DNA of 64,000 nucleotides from Eledone cirrhosa (lineage: Eukaryota), in contig OZ024740.1 of NCBI GenBank assembly GCA_964016885.1, positions 71,858,001-71,922,000 of the forward strand. Direction: 5' to 3'. The notes beneath the pieces were generated by a model. That model had not been told where the DNA came from and searched no databases. It saw nothing but the letters and a program-made list of their open reading frames with translations. Below are positions 12,912 through 26,388 of this stretch, piece by piece; position 1 is the stretch's first letter; each line of letters begins with the position of its first letter. The translations under genes and the position numbers were made by a program.

Positions 12912-13214
12912 ATATGATGTTCCCAATAGAAGCTGCTTGCCTTATATTTTCAGTCATAAATATATGATGTTCCTAATAGAAGCTACTTGCCTCATATTTT
13001 CAGTCATAAATATATGATGTTCCCAATAGAAGCTACTTGCCTCATATTTTCAGTCATAAATATATGATGTTCCCAATAGAAGCTACTTGCCTCATATTTT
13101 CAGTCATAAATATATGATGTTCCCAATAGAAGCTACTTGCCTCATATTTTCAGTCATAAATATATGATGTTCCCAATAGAAGCTGCTTGCCTTATATTTT
13201 CAGTCATAAATATA
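12912..13214. repeat. 50-bp tandem repeat, 6 near-identical copies
   Basis: Unit ATATGATGTTCCCAATAGAAGCTACTTGCCTCATATTTTCAGTCATAAAT, period 50. Confidence 0.95.
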
Positions 13215-13659
13215 TTCTTCTAAGCTAGTAACATATCCCATGCCAGCAATCTTCTGTTATTACATAAACTATCTTCAAAGCTAAACATACTCAGTGACAT
13301 TAAAAGTTCTGATAATCTTTTTTTTTTTCATTTTAAATGTGTTTGAGTTGACTGATAAGGAAATTACCTCTGATAGCCTGGTTTAAATGTGTGTTTGGGT
13401 TCCAATGTTTGATAAAGAAATCTTCTCTGATAGCCTGGTTTAAATGTGTCGGGGAGGTCAGTAGCCCTGCTTCAGTACTGACTCAGTGTATGAAAACCCA
13501 TCTAAACCTTGCTAGCAGGGAAAGTAGACATTAAGTGATGATGGTGATGATATATATATGTATGTATTTCAACTTACAGTTTGGTAAGTTGACAAACTTA
13601 GTTTTTGACACCTCTTTCTGTGCCCACACTAAGAAGATTATAAGGCTGTAGTTTCCACC

Positions 13660-13860
13660 AAAGGTGCATGGTTTAGTGGTTAGAGAGTCAAGCTTACAAT
13701 CATGCGGTTATGAGTTCGATTTCCAGACTGGGCTTTGTGTTGTGTTCTTGAACAAGGCACTTCATTTCAAATTGTTCCAGTTCACTCAGCTGCAGAAAGG
13801 AGTTGTGATGTCACTGGTGCCAAGTTATATCGGCCTTTACCTTTCCCTTGGACAACATCT
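13660..13860 (+). mobile_element. tRNA-derived SINE with CORE-like domain
   Basis: TGGTTTAGTGGTTAGAG A-box, GAGTTCGATT B-box, TTCTTGAACAAGGCACTT...CAGTTCACTCAGCTG. Confidence 0.7.
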
Positions 13861-14267
13861 TATATAGTGTATATATTATGTGTGTATATAAACTTTATAT
13901 AGTATATAAGTAAGTTGTGACATCACTGGTGCTAAGCTGTATTGGTTGCCTTTCTCTTGGACAACATGGATGATGTGGAGAGTTGAGAGCAGTATTCATG
14001 GGTGACTGCTGGTCTTCCACAAACAGCCTTGCAGGGGAAACTTTCTAGGTGCAAATCTCATGGTCATTTGTGACCTACGGGGGTTTTTACTCTTTAATTC
14101 TCACTACAAAGTCTACACTCGCTAATGCTAAATCATGTGACAGATCATACTACCATACAACGCTCTCCACCATTTGGGATATTTTCACAATGCTGCTAAG
14201 AAGCAATGATGTTTGGTAATTTATTTATTGATTGCAGGAAATTGTTACATATTTAATTTATACAATC

Positions 14268-14580
14268 ATCATCACTTTTCAATGTCCATTTTTTCATGCT
14301 TGCATGGGTTGGACAGGTCTTTGCCAGCAGTTTCCCTCCATTTGTTGCATTTCTTTATCACCTTCTCTGTGAGCTTCAATGTTTCACCACCTCTGCCCAT
14401 ATTTTCCTTGATTTTCTTTTACTGCAGCTTCCTTCCACAGGGAACTCCTGGCACTTCTTCACTCAATGATCATCCTCTATGTGCATCACATGATCATACC
14501 AGAGTAGTCTTCTTTCTTACACACTACATTTGATTTCCCTTATACTTAGTTTCTCTCTCAGCTCATCCATGCTTCACCTT
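14268..14580 (-). mobile_element. Decayed RTE 3' fragment
   Basis: Similar to 575-900. Confidence 0.75.
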
Positions 14581-16012
14581 CCATTATATAAAACTCTGGA
14601 TCTTTAATCCTTTTTAATGAAAATATTGCCTATGATTTTTAAGTAATTTTGAAAATAATCAAGAGTTTACAGGGATTCTGAAATGTAACTAACTTTTTCA
14701 TGATAAAGTATCTGTCACTCTTAGGTAGGTTTGTGCTCAAACCTGAGCAGTGGAGACTTCCAGTGTTCTTGGTCCCAAGACCACCTCCCTACTCATTACT
14801 ATTGGGGCAGAGTTGGCCACCTGCAGGAGCGAATGCTGTGAGTTGGAATGGCTATTTCAATGCCATCCTCTTGGGAAATGTTTTCTCCTATCTGTCCATT
14901 AGGACCTCGGGTTGGCCTGCACTTTGGCTCCCACACACAAGAGAACTCTCGCCTGTATAAGAAAGGCTGTTGTATAAAATTATATAAGTTTTTAGAAAAA
15001 TATAAACATTTTAAACAAATAGCTTTGTATTGTAGAACCAAAGGTGATGTTAGGTGGTTTGGTATCAAAAGGGTTAAAACAGTTTTGTATTGTAGAACTA
15101 AGGGTGATATCAGGTGATTTGGTATCAAAAGGGTTAAGTGTCAGTAATGCATCTCTCTGTGGTGTGTGCCCTAGATGGCTGCCTAGTTGACTTTAATGGT
15201 AGCACCAAAAGCTGTGTGCAATATGCTGTAATAGTTACTGAGTTAGTTTAGCTGACTGAACAAGAATAATAACAGTTAAAAACAATAGCACTAGTTCTAT
15301 GCTGACTACATAACTGCTGTGGTTAACAGGAGGAAGTGCACTCAACCGTGAAAACTATTGTTCCACAAAATTTAACCATCCTATCTATGGAGAACCATGT
15401 GCAAATACTGGTGTTGGTGTTGTTATTGTTGTTGTTGTTGGTGGTGGTGGTGGTGGCGTGGTAATACTTTAGACAATAATTATGATGATGATAATGGTGG
15501 TGATGATGATGACGATGATGATCATAGTATTGATGGGGATGAGGATGTTGCTGCTGATGATGATGAGGATGATGATGATAAGTAATTCACAGATGAATCA
15601 TTTTAAGTCTTGTTATGATTCCTTTTAGAAGAACAATGTCTCCAACATTAGTCATTTAAATAGGAGTGTAACTTTCATTTCCTCCTCCTCTGCCTCATCA
15701 TTATTATCATCATCATTACATGTCCACTTTCCTCTCCAGTATAGGTTCAATGGCCTTCTATGATCTGTGACCAAATGAATCAGAGCAACCCATCTTGCTC
15801 ATTATATTTCTACAGTTGGATACCCTTCCTAATGCTAACCACCATACAGGGTGGGCTGGGTGCATTTTATCATGGCATCAACACTAACACTTAACAGGGT
15901 GTACTGGGTGTATTTTATCATGGCATCAACACTAACACTTAACAGGATATACTGAGTGCCGGCCAGCATGGTATAACCAGCCACATCAGACACTGGAATA
16001 GTCCCTTTATTT

Positions 16013-16050
16013 TCCTCAGAAGAAGAGATGTTAATCTCGAAATATCAGGA
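16013..16050 (+). ncRNA. Decayed hammerhead motif (core CAGAAGA)
   Basis: TCCT-CAGAAGA-A-GAGAT/ATCTC-GAAA-TA-TC-AGGA. Confidence 0.5.
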
Positions 16051-16160
16051 CATATGAATAAATTAAAGAAAAATACAACCCCTGTTTCTTATATTATATA
16101 TATATATATATATTAATATCAACTGTTGAAAATTGCAAACTTGACTGTCACCACATATTA

Positions 16161-16199
16161 TGAACCTGAAGATTGCGAAAGCATGAAAGTACTTGTTCA
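16161..16199 (+). ncRNA. Minimal type I hammerhead ribozyme motif
   Basis: TGAAC-CTGAAGA-T-TGC-GAAA-GCA-T-GAAA-GTAC-TT-GTTCA; palindromic GTAC loop 3. Confidence 0.75.
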
Positions 16200-17016
16200 A
16201 TTAACACTTAGAATTTAATATTCTATCATACTATTTCATTATAATACCATTATAAATTTTAAAGGATTGTAAATAAAACGAGTAAATCAGACAAAGTTGG
16301 AATTCCTTTTATTAATATAATCTTCTATACACAATCATACACACCCGTGTATATTTACTTATCTATCTATATATATATATATATATATAAAGTGTAAAGT
16401 GTGTATATATATTTTTTAAATGTACAGTGCATATATATTTAAAAAGTGTAAAGTGTGTATATATTTAAAAAATGAGCCATGTTGATATGCCCCAACAGTC
16501 ATTCTAGTGGATCCCTATAAATAAAGGAAGCAAGGAAATGCAACGTACTCTTGACAGTGAAATGAGATCAGTATGAAACTGAGGGACAACTGGAGAAAGT
16601 CCAGGATAGGAATAATTGGAAGATTGTCAATGGTCTATGTTCCAAGGGGTACCAAGGATCTGAGAAAGTGAGAAGCCTTGATATGATAACACATCAACAT
16701 CTTGACAGTTTTGTTTATAAGGAATCCACTTAATTTAATGTTTTAACCTGATATTTGTGTACCATGTTTACTGAATATGACAACACAACACTAATGTTTT
16801 AAGGCCATTTTCCCTGTTAAAATAGGGTTTAGCCTGTAAGCCCCTAACCCTTTTAGTTACCTCTCATTAATACAGGAATATAGTGTACCTATTATAAACC
16901 AGATATATGCTGAATATATTTTAAAAAGGCTAAGCCTTGATATAATAATGCATCAACATCTTGTCTGTTTTGTACAAAAGGAATCCATACAAGTTACCTC
17001 AATGTTTTAACAAGTA

Positions 17017-17290
17017 GAGGCATATGGCCAAGTGGTTAGGATGTTGGACTTATGATCATAATGTCGTGGGTTCAATTCCTGGACTGTGTGGTGCATTGTG
17101 TTCTTGAGCAAAGCATTTTATATTTCACGTTGCTTTGGTACACTCAGCTGAACATGAGTACCTGCAGTTGCTGGGAGTTAAACTTGAGATGGACTGGTGT
17201 CCTGTCCAGAGGGGAGTCATGTATACACAGTCACTTAACATTAATGAAAACCAGAATAAGCATTGGACTGATGACCCTGTGCTTGGAACA
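17017..17290 (+). mobile_element. tRNA-derived CORE-like SINE
   Basis: TGGCCAAGTGGTTAGG A-box, GGGTTCAATTCC B-box, TTCTTGAGCAAAGCA core. Confidence 0.7.
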
Positions 17291-17564
17291 GACTTTTGAA
17301 TGTTTTAGTATGATACCTGTGTATCATGTTTACAGGAAAGGACAAACAAACAAAACACATTTTAAGACCCCTTTCCCCGTTAAAACAAGGGTTATCCCTA
17401 TGGGTCCTATGACAGGCTTCCTACTCACTAAAGAATCTTAATTGAAGTAATGCTTTAAGGCTAGAGAGTCTTGTTAGAACTAATACATTTAGTAACCTCT
17501 TACTACAAGGTATCTATTCCAAACCAGATAAAAGTTAAGAAGGAGAATTGAATCTGAGACCAAT

Positions 17565-17609
<45 letters not shown>

Positions 17610-17660
17610 TTACTACTGCTGCTACTACTACTAATACTAATACTGCTGCTGCTGCCGCCT
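17565..17660. repeat. (CTA)n/(CTG)n microsatellite
   Basis: Direct inspection. Confidence 0.9.
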
Positions 17661-18053
17661 CTACTGTTTAGACCAGCACTTTACCATTTGCATCACACTC
17701 TGTGAAGAATGCAACATCAGGGGAGTGAATGAACTTTGTATATTGGGGAGGTGATAATATTGAGCTAGAAGTGTGGGGAAGAGGAGGAGGAGGAAAAAGA
17801 GGATGATGATGATCATGAGGAGGAGGATGAGGATGATGAGGATGATGAGTTGTTCAAGGTTAATAAGAACACACCACAAGTTAGCTATAATTTGGTCATC
17901 TCACCTGTAACTAGTTATTGAACTCTGCTGCTACTGGTGCTGGTGCTGCTGCTGTGGAACAGGCCATACAATGTAATTATTTTCAGCTGATCATTTTCTA
18001 GGGATAAAATCTAACCCAGCTTCACCTTTGACTGATATATATTTATATATATA

Positions 18054-20462
18054 TCACCACCATCATCATCGTCATCATCATTTTATGACGTCTGCTTTCC
18101 CCTGCTTACAAGGATAGGACAGGTCCTATTCAGCACAGCATCCCTCCATTCGTCACAGTCCTTCTTCATCTACTCCGTGAGCTTCAGCAATCTGAGGTCT
18201 GCTCTTACCGCCTCCGTCAATGATTTTCATGGTCTTCTTTTACTGTGTCTTCCTTCTACTGGGATTTCTTGGCACTTCTTTACCCAGCGATCATCCTTCA
18301 TATGCATCACATGGCCATACCAAAGCAATCTTCTTTCCCGCACACTACAGTTTATCCTACTTATACACAGTTTCTCTCTCAACTCATCTATGCTTGGTCA
18401 TTCACGCACATTGACATTGCACATCCAACAGAGCATGTTTGCTTCATTTCTCTCCAGCCATTGCATATCCTCCGCAGTTGCTGCCCATGTCTCACTACCA
18501 TGCAGCAGCGCACATCTCATGCATGCATTATATAACCGGCCTTTCGTTCATAGAGAGAACCCCTTCTTTGTCAACAGAGGAAGCAGCTCCCTAAACTTCT
18601 TCCAACCCGTCCTTATTCTAGATACTATGGCCTCGGAGCACCCTCCTCCCTTGCTAATCTGATCACCTAGATATCAGAAGCTATCAACCACCTCTATAGA
18701 TCCTACCTGCATTTGAAAAATCTGTCTATCACTGCGACTTCTACTGTCGAATTTCCCTGAACATCTACTGCATATATAGTTTTCCCTACCTCTTAGTTTG
18801 CCTGCTATCCCACTACATCTCTTGTGTACCCAAGATCTGCATTGTGTACATTCTATAGAATTTATGCCAACTCTTTTTCTACATATTGAACATTAATCTT
18901 AGCTAGGTTCACTCTCAGTCCTCTTGATTCCAACTTCTGTTTCCATAGCCAGAATTTATTCTCTAGCTCCTCTACTGATTCTATAAGTATCAGATCATCA
19001 GCATAGAGAAGTTCTCACAGGCAGCCAGTCTTAAACTCTTCTGTTATGGTTTGGAGAACTATAATGAACAAAAGCGGACTGAGGACTGAACCCTGATGTA
19101 CTCCTACTTGTATCTGGAATTCCTCACTAAACTCCATTCCTACTCTCACTTTACTGACATCACCCCTGTACATAGCTTGCACTGTCCTCACAAGCCATTC
19201 CTCTACACCTAGTTTCCTTATGGACCACCAAATGACAGATTGGAGTACCCTATCAAAGGCCTTCTCTAGGTCAACAAAAGCTAAGTATAGTGGCTTATTC
19301 TTCTCTAAGAACCCCTCTTGTAGTTGTCTCACTAAGAAGAGGGCATATGTTGTACTTTTCCCAGGCACAAAACCAAACTGCATCTTATCTAATTTGATCC
19401 TTTCTCTAATTAGTTGCGCTAGTATTCTTTCTGCCACTTTCATAACCTGATCCATCAGTTTTATGCCCCTATAATTGCTCCTCTCCATAGCATCTCCTTT
19501 ACCTTAGTAGCAATTTATAAGAATACTGCTGCACTAGTCTTTGGGTATGACTCTACCATATATAGCTTGATTGACTATATGTGCAACCAGTTTAGTTCCT
19601 TCAGCATCTCAGCAACTAACCCTTACGGTCCAGCAGCCTTACCACTTTTCATTTCCTTAATTACCTCTTTGACCCTATAGTCGTCAATCTCAATAGCTGG
19701 TCCCTCTGTTGGGTCTACTGGGGGTAGTTTATCTCTCTCCCATACGTTCTCAACATTCATCAGTCTCTCATAATGACATTTCCAGACCTCCTTTTTCTGA
19801 GCATCAACAACACTAAGTGCACCAGCATCATTTCGGACACACTTATCTCCAACAACATCTTGATTTACACTGACACACTGCCTTGCAATGCGGAATACTG
19901 CATGTCTCTGATCTCCTCGTTGCAGAATATTGGCAAACCTCCTACTCTCAGCTTCTCTGTGTGCTAAGTACACCTGACGTCTAGCCTCTCTTTTTAGCAT
20001 CTGTGTATCAGTCTCTACTCCCACCATTTTTCCAAGCCTTCCATGCTAGTCTTTTGTCTTTAATGGCTCTATCTAGCATGCTGTTCCACCACCAGGTCAA
20101 CCTCTGTCTGGTTGGAGCTCTGCTCCAGCCACAAGTTTCTTCAGTAGCCTGCAGTAAGTTGTCACGTAAGAAATTCCAGTTATCATCTATGTCATATGAT
20201 TCTAACTCGTCTTCTTTTTCGTCATACACATCTTGAAGGGGTTTCCTAAATTTATATTTTAATGAAAGGTCTTTTAGCTTCCAGACTTTCCTTTTCCACA
20301 CCTTCCTGTATGTCTCATTTTGTTTCTTGTTTATTGAGATGTCACTAAGACTAACCTATGTTGGGGGGGGGGGGGGGGGTACATTCTTCGCCGGGGTATA
20401 CCTTAGTATTTGACACCATCTGTCCGTCTCATTGCCTAACTAGCAAGAAGTCAATCTGGCTT
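18054..20462 (-). mobile_element. 5'-truncated RTE family A copy, pseudogenised
   Basis: High similarity to 553-3015; stops, deletions and a G17 run at ~20363-20379. Confidence 0.93.
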
Positions 20463-20764
20463 GTGTGTGTGTGTGCATGTGCGTGTATATATATATATAC
20501 ATATAGGTGTGTGTGCATATATATATATATATATGTATGCAAAAGGTGGTGTCCTCAAGTACGAAGATGCTATAATGTGTGTTCTGGGTGTGTTTATCAC
20601 CCAAACACTAGGAAGACTGTCATGTCCTTGAGGTCATGGTGTTTGTGTGATGAGGGTGGTGTAGTGGTGTTGAGAATAGCTGTTAGTGAGTGGTAGTGAA
20701 AGAAGTGGGGGATGTAGGGCTAGGTCAGGCCATATTGTATGTTGCAAGTCAGGATTTTTTCAGC

Positions 20765-21170
20765 ACTGCATAACACCAGCCCTTGTGGTCTTTAGTCATT
20801 TCTATTGTGAGGTTTAGTTTTTTAAAGTCGGTCTTCACAACCTCATCCCATCTCTTCCTGAGTCTGCCTCTTCTAAGGCTCCCAGCCACTAGGGCAGTGA
20901 TTCTCAACCAGTGTGCCGCGAGATCTTCCTAAATGTGCCGCCAAATTTTATTTTCGCCATGTTTTTATTTTGTAAAATTCAAATATTTTTCGTATATATT
21001 TAGCCAGGTGTGCCGCTATTTTTTCATGCGTTCCAAGGTGTGCCGTTGGCAAAAAAGAGGTTGAGAACCACTGCACTAGGGTTTCTCCGCATTTGTTGAT
21101 GCAGCTATCTTCCATGCACATCACATGTCCAAACCAACGCAGTCTTCTTTCTTGCACACTACTTTCAATA
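20765..21170 (-). mobile_element. RTE 3' fragment interrupted by a hAT MITE
   Basis: VQERRLRWFGHVMCMED; resumes beyond the MITE. Confidence 0.75.
20895..21073. mobile_element. hAT (Charlie-like) non-autonomous MITE
   Basis: TIRs CAGTGATTCTCAACC / GGTTGAGAACCACTG; 8-bp TSD CACTAGGG at 20887-20894 and 21074-21081. Confidence 0.9.
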
Positions 21171-21189
21171 CATACATACATACATACTT

Positions 21190-21505
21190 ACAGATAGCCC
21201 TGACAATAAACATATTAAAAGTTACAGCAATGTGGAAGACATACACATACATAATATGAAAGAGTACTGGTGGAATGTTCCAGTCAAATCCCAAATAAAA
21301 TGCAAGCATAACAGATCAGATATAATGATATGGGACAAGGAAAAGAAGGCATGCACAGTAGTGAAAGTTAGCTGCCCAGCAGATGCCAATATAATATTAA
21401 AGATTAGCGAAAAGGAGAATATCTTTGCAGAACTAATAAGAAATCTGCAGATATTCCTCCCTGATTATGCCTTCAGATTTATACCTGTGATTATTGGGGC
21501 ATATC
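21190..21505 (+). mobile_element. R4/Dong-like non-LTR retrotransposon restriction-like endonuclease fragment
   Basis: YWWNVPV..KHNRSDIMIWD..VSCPADANI..EK..LIRNLQ..FIPVIIGA, a decayed PD-(D/E)XK RLE motif set. Confidence 0.75.
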
Positions 21506-21778
21506 TACCTAGTTGATGTTGTTTAAATTCCAATAGTAGAGTCTTGTGTCTATGTTAAAAACCGACTCTCTCTCTCTATTAGTAAACATTTGTGAAATTA
21601 TAAAACCTGAACATACATACATACGTACGTACATGATTGCTGTCTCTTGTTTTTTTATTGTCATTCCTTCTTTGTCCATGACTTTGTAGATGACATTTTA
21701 GACCAGCTGCAGATCTGCAAGGGTTATGGCACAAGTGACGGATGAAAGTTATGCTCTCAACAGGATTGATGGGATCAC

Positions 21779-23680
21779 TTTGTACTGTACTATACTGTAT
21801 TGTACTGTACCGTACTGTATTGTACTGCACTGTATTGTACTGTACTGTATTGTACTGTATTGTACTGTACTGTACTGTATTGTACTGCACTGTACTGTAT
21901 TGTACTGTGTTGTATTGTACTGTACTGTATTGTATTGTACTGTACTGTACTGCACTGTATTGTACTGTACTGTATTATACTATACTATACTGTATTGTAC
22001 TGTATTGTACTGTACTGTATTTTACTGCACTGTACTGTATTGTATTGTGCTGTACTGTATTGTACTGTACTGTATTGCACTGTACTGTGCTGTACTGTAC
22101 TGTACTGCACTGTACTGTATTGTACTGTACTGCATTGTACTGTACTGTACTGTACTATACTGTATTGTACTGTATTGTATTGTACTGTACTGTAGTGTAC
22201 TGTGTTGTACTGTATAGTACTGTACTGCACTATACTGTACTGTATTAACTGCACTGCACTGTACTGTACTGTATTGTATTGTGCTGTAGTGTATTTTACT
22301 GTACTGTATTGTACTGTACTGCATTGTACTGTACTGCACTGCACTGTACTGTACTGCATTGCACTGAACTGTATTGTACTGTACTGTATTGTATTGTATT
22401 GTACTGTACTGCATTGTATTGTACTGTACTATAGTGTATTGTATTGTACTGAATTGTACTGTACTGTAGTGTATTGTACTGTACTGAATTGTACTGTATT
22501 GTACTGTACTGTACTGTATTGTACTGTACTGTATTGTACTGTACTGTATTGTATTGTATTGTACTGTACTGTATTGTACTGTACTGTATTGTACTGTACT
22601 GTATTGTACTGTACTGAATTGTACTGTATTGTACTGTACTGTACTGTATTGTACTGTACTGTATTGTACTGTACTGAATTGTACTGTATTGTACTGTACT
22701 GTATTGTACTGTACTGTATTGTACTGTACTGTATTGTACTGTACTGTAGTGTACTGTGCTGTACTGTACTGTACTTAATTGTACTGTATTGTACTGTATT
22801 GTACTGTACTGTATTGTATTGTACTGTATTGTACTGTACTGTAGTGTACTGTGCTGTACTGTACTGTACTTAATTGTACTGTATTGTACTGTATTGTACT
22901 GTACTGTATTGTATTGTATTGTACTGTACTGTATTGTACTGTACTGTATTGTACTGTACTGTATTGTACTGTACTGTATTGTACTGTACTGAATTGTACT
23001 GTATTGTACTGTACTGTACTGTATTGTACTGTACTGAATTGTACTGTATTGTATTGTACTGTATTGTACTGTACTGTATTGAACTGTATTGTTCTGTATT
23101 GTACTGTACTGTATTATACTATACTGTACTGTATTGTACTGTATTGTGCTATACTGTATTGTACTGTACTGTATTGTACTATACTATACTGTATTGTTCT
23201 CAATTGTACTGTACTGTATTATACTATACTATACTGTATTGTATTGTACAGACCTGTACTATACTGTATTGTATTACATTATACTGTACTGCACTGTATT
23301 GTACTGCACTATATTGTACTGCACTATATTGGACTTTACTGTATATACTGTACTGTACTACATTATACTGTACTGCACTATATTGTACTGTACTATACTG
23401 TACTGTACTACATTATACTATACTGTACAGTACATTATACTGTTCTGTACTATACTGTACTGTATTGTACTGTACTGCACTATATTGTACTTTACTGTAT
23501 ATAGTGTACTGTACTACATTATACTATACTATACAGTACTGTACTATACTGTACTATACTGTACTGTACTATACTGTATATACTGTATTGTACTACATTA
23601 TATGGTATTGTACTGTACTTTACTGTATATACTGTACTACACTGCACTGCATTCTACTCCATTCTGCTCTACTATAGTGG
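21779..23680. repeat. ~1.9-kb pentanucleotide satellite (TGTAC/TGTAT/TATAC)n
   Basis: Direct inspection; source of the CTVLY pseudo-ORFs. Confidence 0.98.
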
Positions 23681-24420
23681 TAGTGTGTATATGTGTGCTG
23701 TACAACACAGCACCATCTCTTTACTGGTTTCTGTCCTAAGCTAATATAATCTATAGATTATATAACCACTAAAGTACACCTCCACATAAAATATTCAACA
23801 AAGCAGCACATTAACATAACATAACAGCATTGGCTTTTAAAGTTGAAAAAAATCATGAAAAATTTATCAAAAAATGATGAAAAAGCAGAGAAAATATTAA
23901 ACTAACGAATATATTACTAGAAAATGTCAAAATCTTAAAAGAAAACAAATGATTCGTTTTTTTTTTAATATTTATATTTTAGTTCTTATTTTTTATTTAA
24001 TTTTTTATACTTTGTTTTTAATTCTTTTTTTTTATTTTCATCTTGTTCTTTCATAATGATTTATATATTAAAAAATAAATCAAATATTTGTTTGGACTTA
24101 GATTGTTTTTTGGAACAGTGGCCAACAACTGTGCTATAAAGGTCACAGGTTATGCTTGAATATCATATCATAAATAAATCAATGATTTATTTTGCTGGAA
24201 ATAAGGAATTTATTAACATTTTGTGCTGTTGCTGCTGTTATTCAAGGAATGATAGGCAAAACTGACTGGAAAAAACAAAATAAAACAATAAAAAAAAGCA
24301 TTTGGACTGTGGCATGAAAATATATAAAGCATGTAGTTATTTATTTATTTATATAATAAATTTAAATGTCCATATAGTACTTGTAAGACGTAGCAGACTG
24401 GGGGAGGTATCTAGTAAGTC

Positions 24421-24835
24421 ATCATTATTATCATCCGACGGCCTCAGCCGGAATGGTCTCAACAATTGATCTCCACGTGGGTCTGTCATTCATTGCGGTT
24501 GCCAAATCCTGGATTTCAATACCAGAATCTCTGGAGATGACATCGGGATAGGAGAGCTTGTACCCCCTGTTATTAGTGACTGCTTGTGGTTTCCAATTCA
24601 GCCAATCTTGCTATATGGAAGTGAAATATGGACGCTTTCATCCAAACAACAAAAGCACCTTGATGGCACTGACACTTGCCTGCATCAACACATTCAGAAC
24701 ATAAGCTGGCAACATCTGACTTTGAGAGAGATATATGCTGGCCTCCCATGCATATTTGTTGTTGTACGTAAAAGGAGAGTAAGATTTGCTGGCCTCTGCC
24801 ATTGTGCCACCTATGAGGCTGTGTCCCCATCTAGT
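24421..24835. mobile_element. RTE fragment of a separate family with 5' inversion
   Basis: Minus 24421-24570 encodes a C-terminus (YPDVISRDSG..AMNDRPTWR); plus 24580-24830 encodes the upstream part (ILLYGSEIWTL..RRVRFAG). Confidence 0.75.
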
Positions 24836-24849
24836 AAATACCCTTACAG

Positions 24850-25370
24850 TTCGACACTTTCTGCAGCCACAACCTGGTGCAGTCTGTGACTGACCCAGGT
24901 TCTGCTGCACGTTGGACTGAGGGGGCCAAACTCCTCAAATACCAGTCGCTCTCTGACAGGTTTGCGGTCGTACCCCTGGCAGTGGAGACTTCTGGTGTCC
25001 TCAGCCCCAGGGCTACCTCCTTACTCACCACCATAGGTGGTGAGCTGGCCAGCCGCAAGTGTGGGCCCCATGAGTTGGAGTGGCTTTTCCAGTGCGTCTC
25101 CCTTGCCGTCCTCTGGGGAAACACCTTCTCCATTCTGTCCGCCGGGGCTGTGGGTGGGCCCCATCGCGTACCTTTGTAGTTGTTGTAGAAAAACGTAAGT
25201 TGTATTTCAAACACACATTCTATTAGTCTATACAGAAAACTATGACACGTGTTTCAACATTAATGTCAAATCGAGATTACATTATATATTTGTAAACATG
25301 GAAGTCTATATATTGTGTATGCTGGAACTGATGAATAAAATATTGTGTATATAAAAAAAAAGAAAAGAAA
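24850..25370 (+). mobile_element. CRE-like non-LTR retrotransposon 3' fragment (RLE domain, 3' UTR, poly-A)
   Basis: DTF..GSAA..E..K..KY..L...VPLAVETSG..Q.VSLAVLWGN; AATAAA at ~25334 followed by an A-rich tail. Confidence 0.75.
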
Positions 25371-26354
25371 AGAAACAAAAACTATAGATGGAGAGATAAA
25401 AAACATGGAAAGCTAATGGGAAGTAAAAGAAGAGCAAATAAAATAAAAAAACAAAAAATTGAAAAAACAAGAGCAGTTATGAAGCAGTTAAAATTTTTGT
25501 TGAATCTTTTTGTATCCTCCAGTATTCCACAAACATGTGTACCCTCAACTCTTTTGTTACTATATTTCTAATGAAAGACATAGCCTATGGGTTTCAAATA
25601 ATTTTGAAAATAATCAAAAATATTAAACTGGTGTTTGGAACATAACTTAACGAAGGTTTTTACCTAAAATTATGATGGAAGGTTTTTAGATAAATATGAA
25701 TAGTTTAAAACAAAGTTTTGTATCATAAAATTCAGGTGGTTTCGAACATAACTTAATGAGAGTTCTCATAATATTATGATGGTAAGATTTTTAGACAAAT
25801 ATAAACACTTTAAAACAACAAACAGTTTTGTATCACAGAACCAGGGGGTGATTTCGAGTAGATTGGTATCAAAAAGAGTTAAGCATTTCTTTAATACTAT
25901 AACTGAATTTCTCATTATTAAGCTGGTGTTTGGAACATAACTTGGCAAAGGTTCTTATATAAAGTAACTGTCTGCCCAATTTCATTTACAAGGCTTTGGC
26001 TGACTCAAGATTATGGTAAAGATACTTTTAAAGTTGTTGGGTATTCCACAGATATGTGTACCCTTAACATAATCCTCATGTTGAATCAATGCTACACAGT
26101 GTGTGACAAGGCTGGACCTTTGAATTTCAGGTACAGTATTACAGTCCACCCACTTTCTGTCTACCCAGTTTCACTCACAAGGCTATAGTAAAAACATGCA
26201 GAGAGATTGAACCCACGACTTCGTTATTGCAAAGTTAAATTTTTTAACCACCTAGCCATGCCTACATCAATCTTGGCTTTTAGATTTGCCATTACTATCC
26301 TATCAAATGTTATCATTACTCCTATAATACATTTTTAGATGTTTTCATATAACT

Positions 26355-26388
<34 letters not shown>

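Noticed and set aside
8620-13214. Tandem arrays (47 bp and 50 bp) as CRISPR or coding repeats
   Set aside because: No unique spacers, eukaryotic context, periods not multiples of three
21579-23739. Long Cys/Tyr-rich ORFs (CTVLY, QYSTV repeats)
   Set aside because: Translations of a pentanucleotide satellite
25545-25885. piggyBac-like MITE relic (also ~14605-15136 and ~49250-49990)
   Set aside because: Only one decayed end (GTATCAAAAGGGTTAA-like) is clear; boundaries cannot be supported
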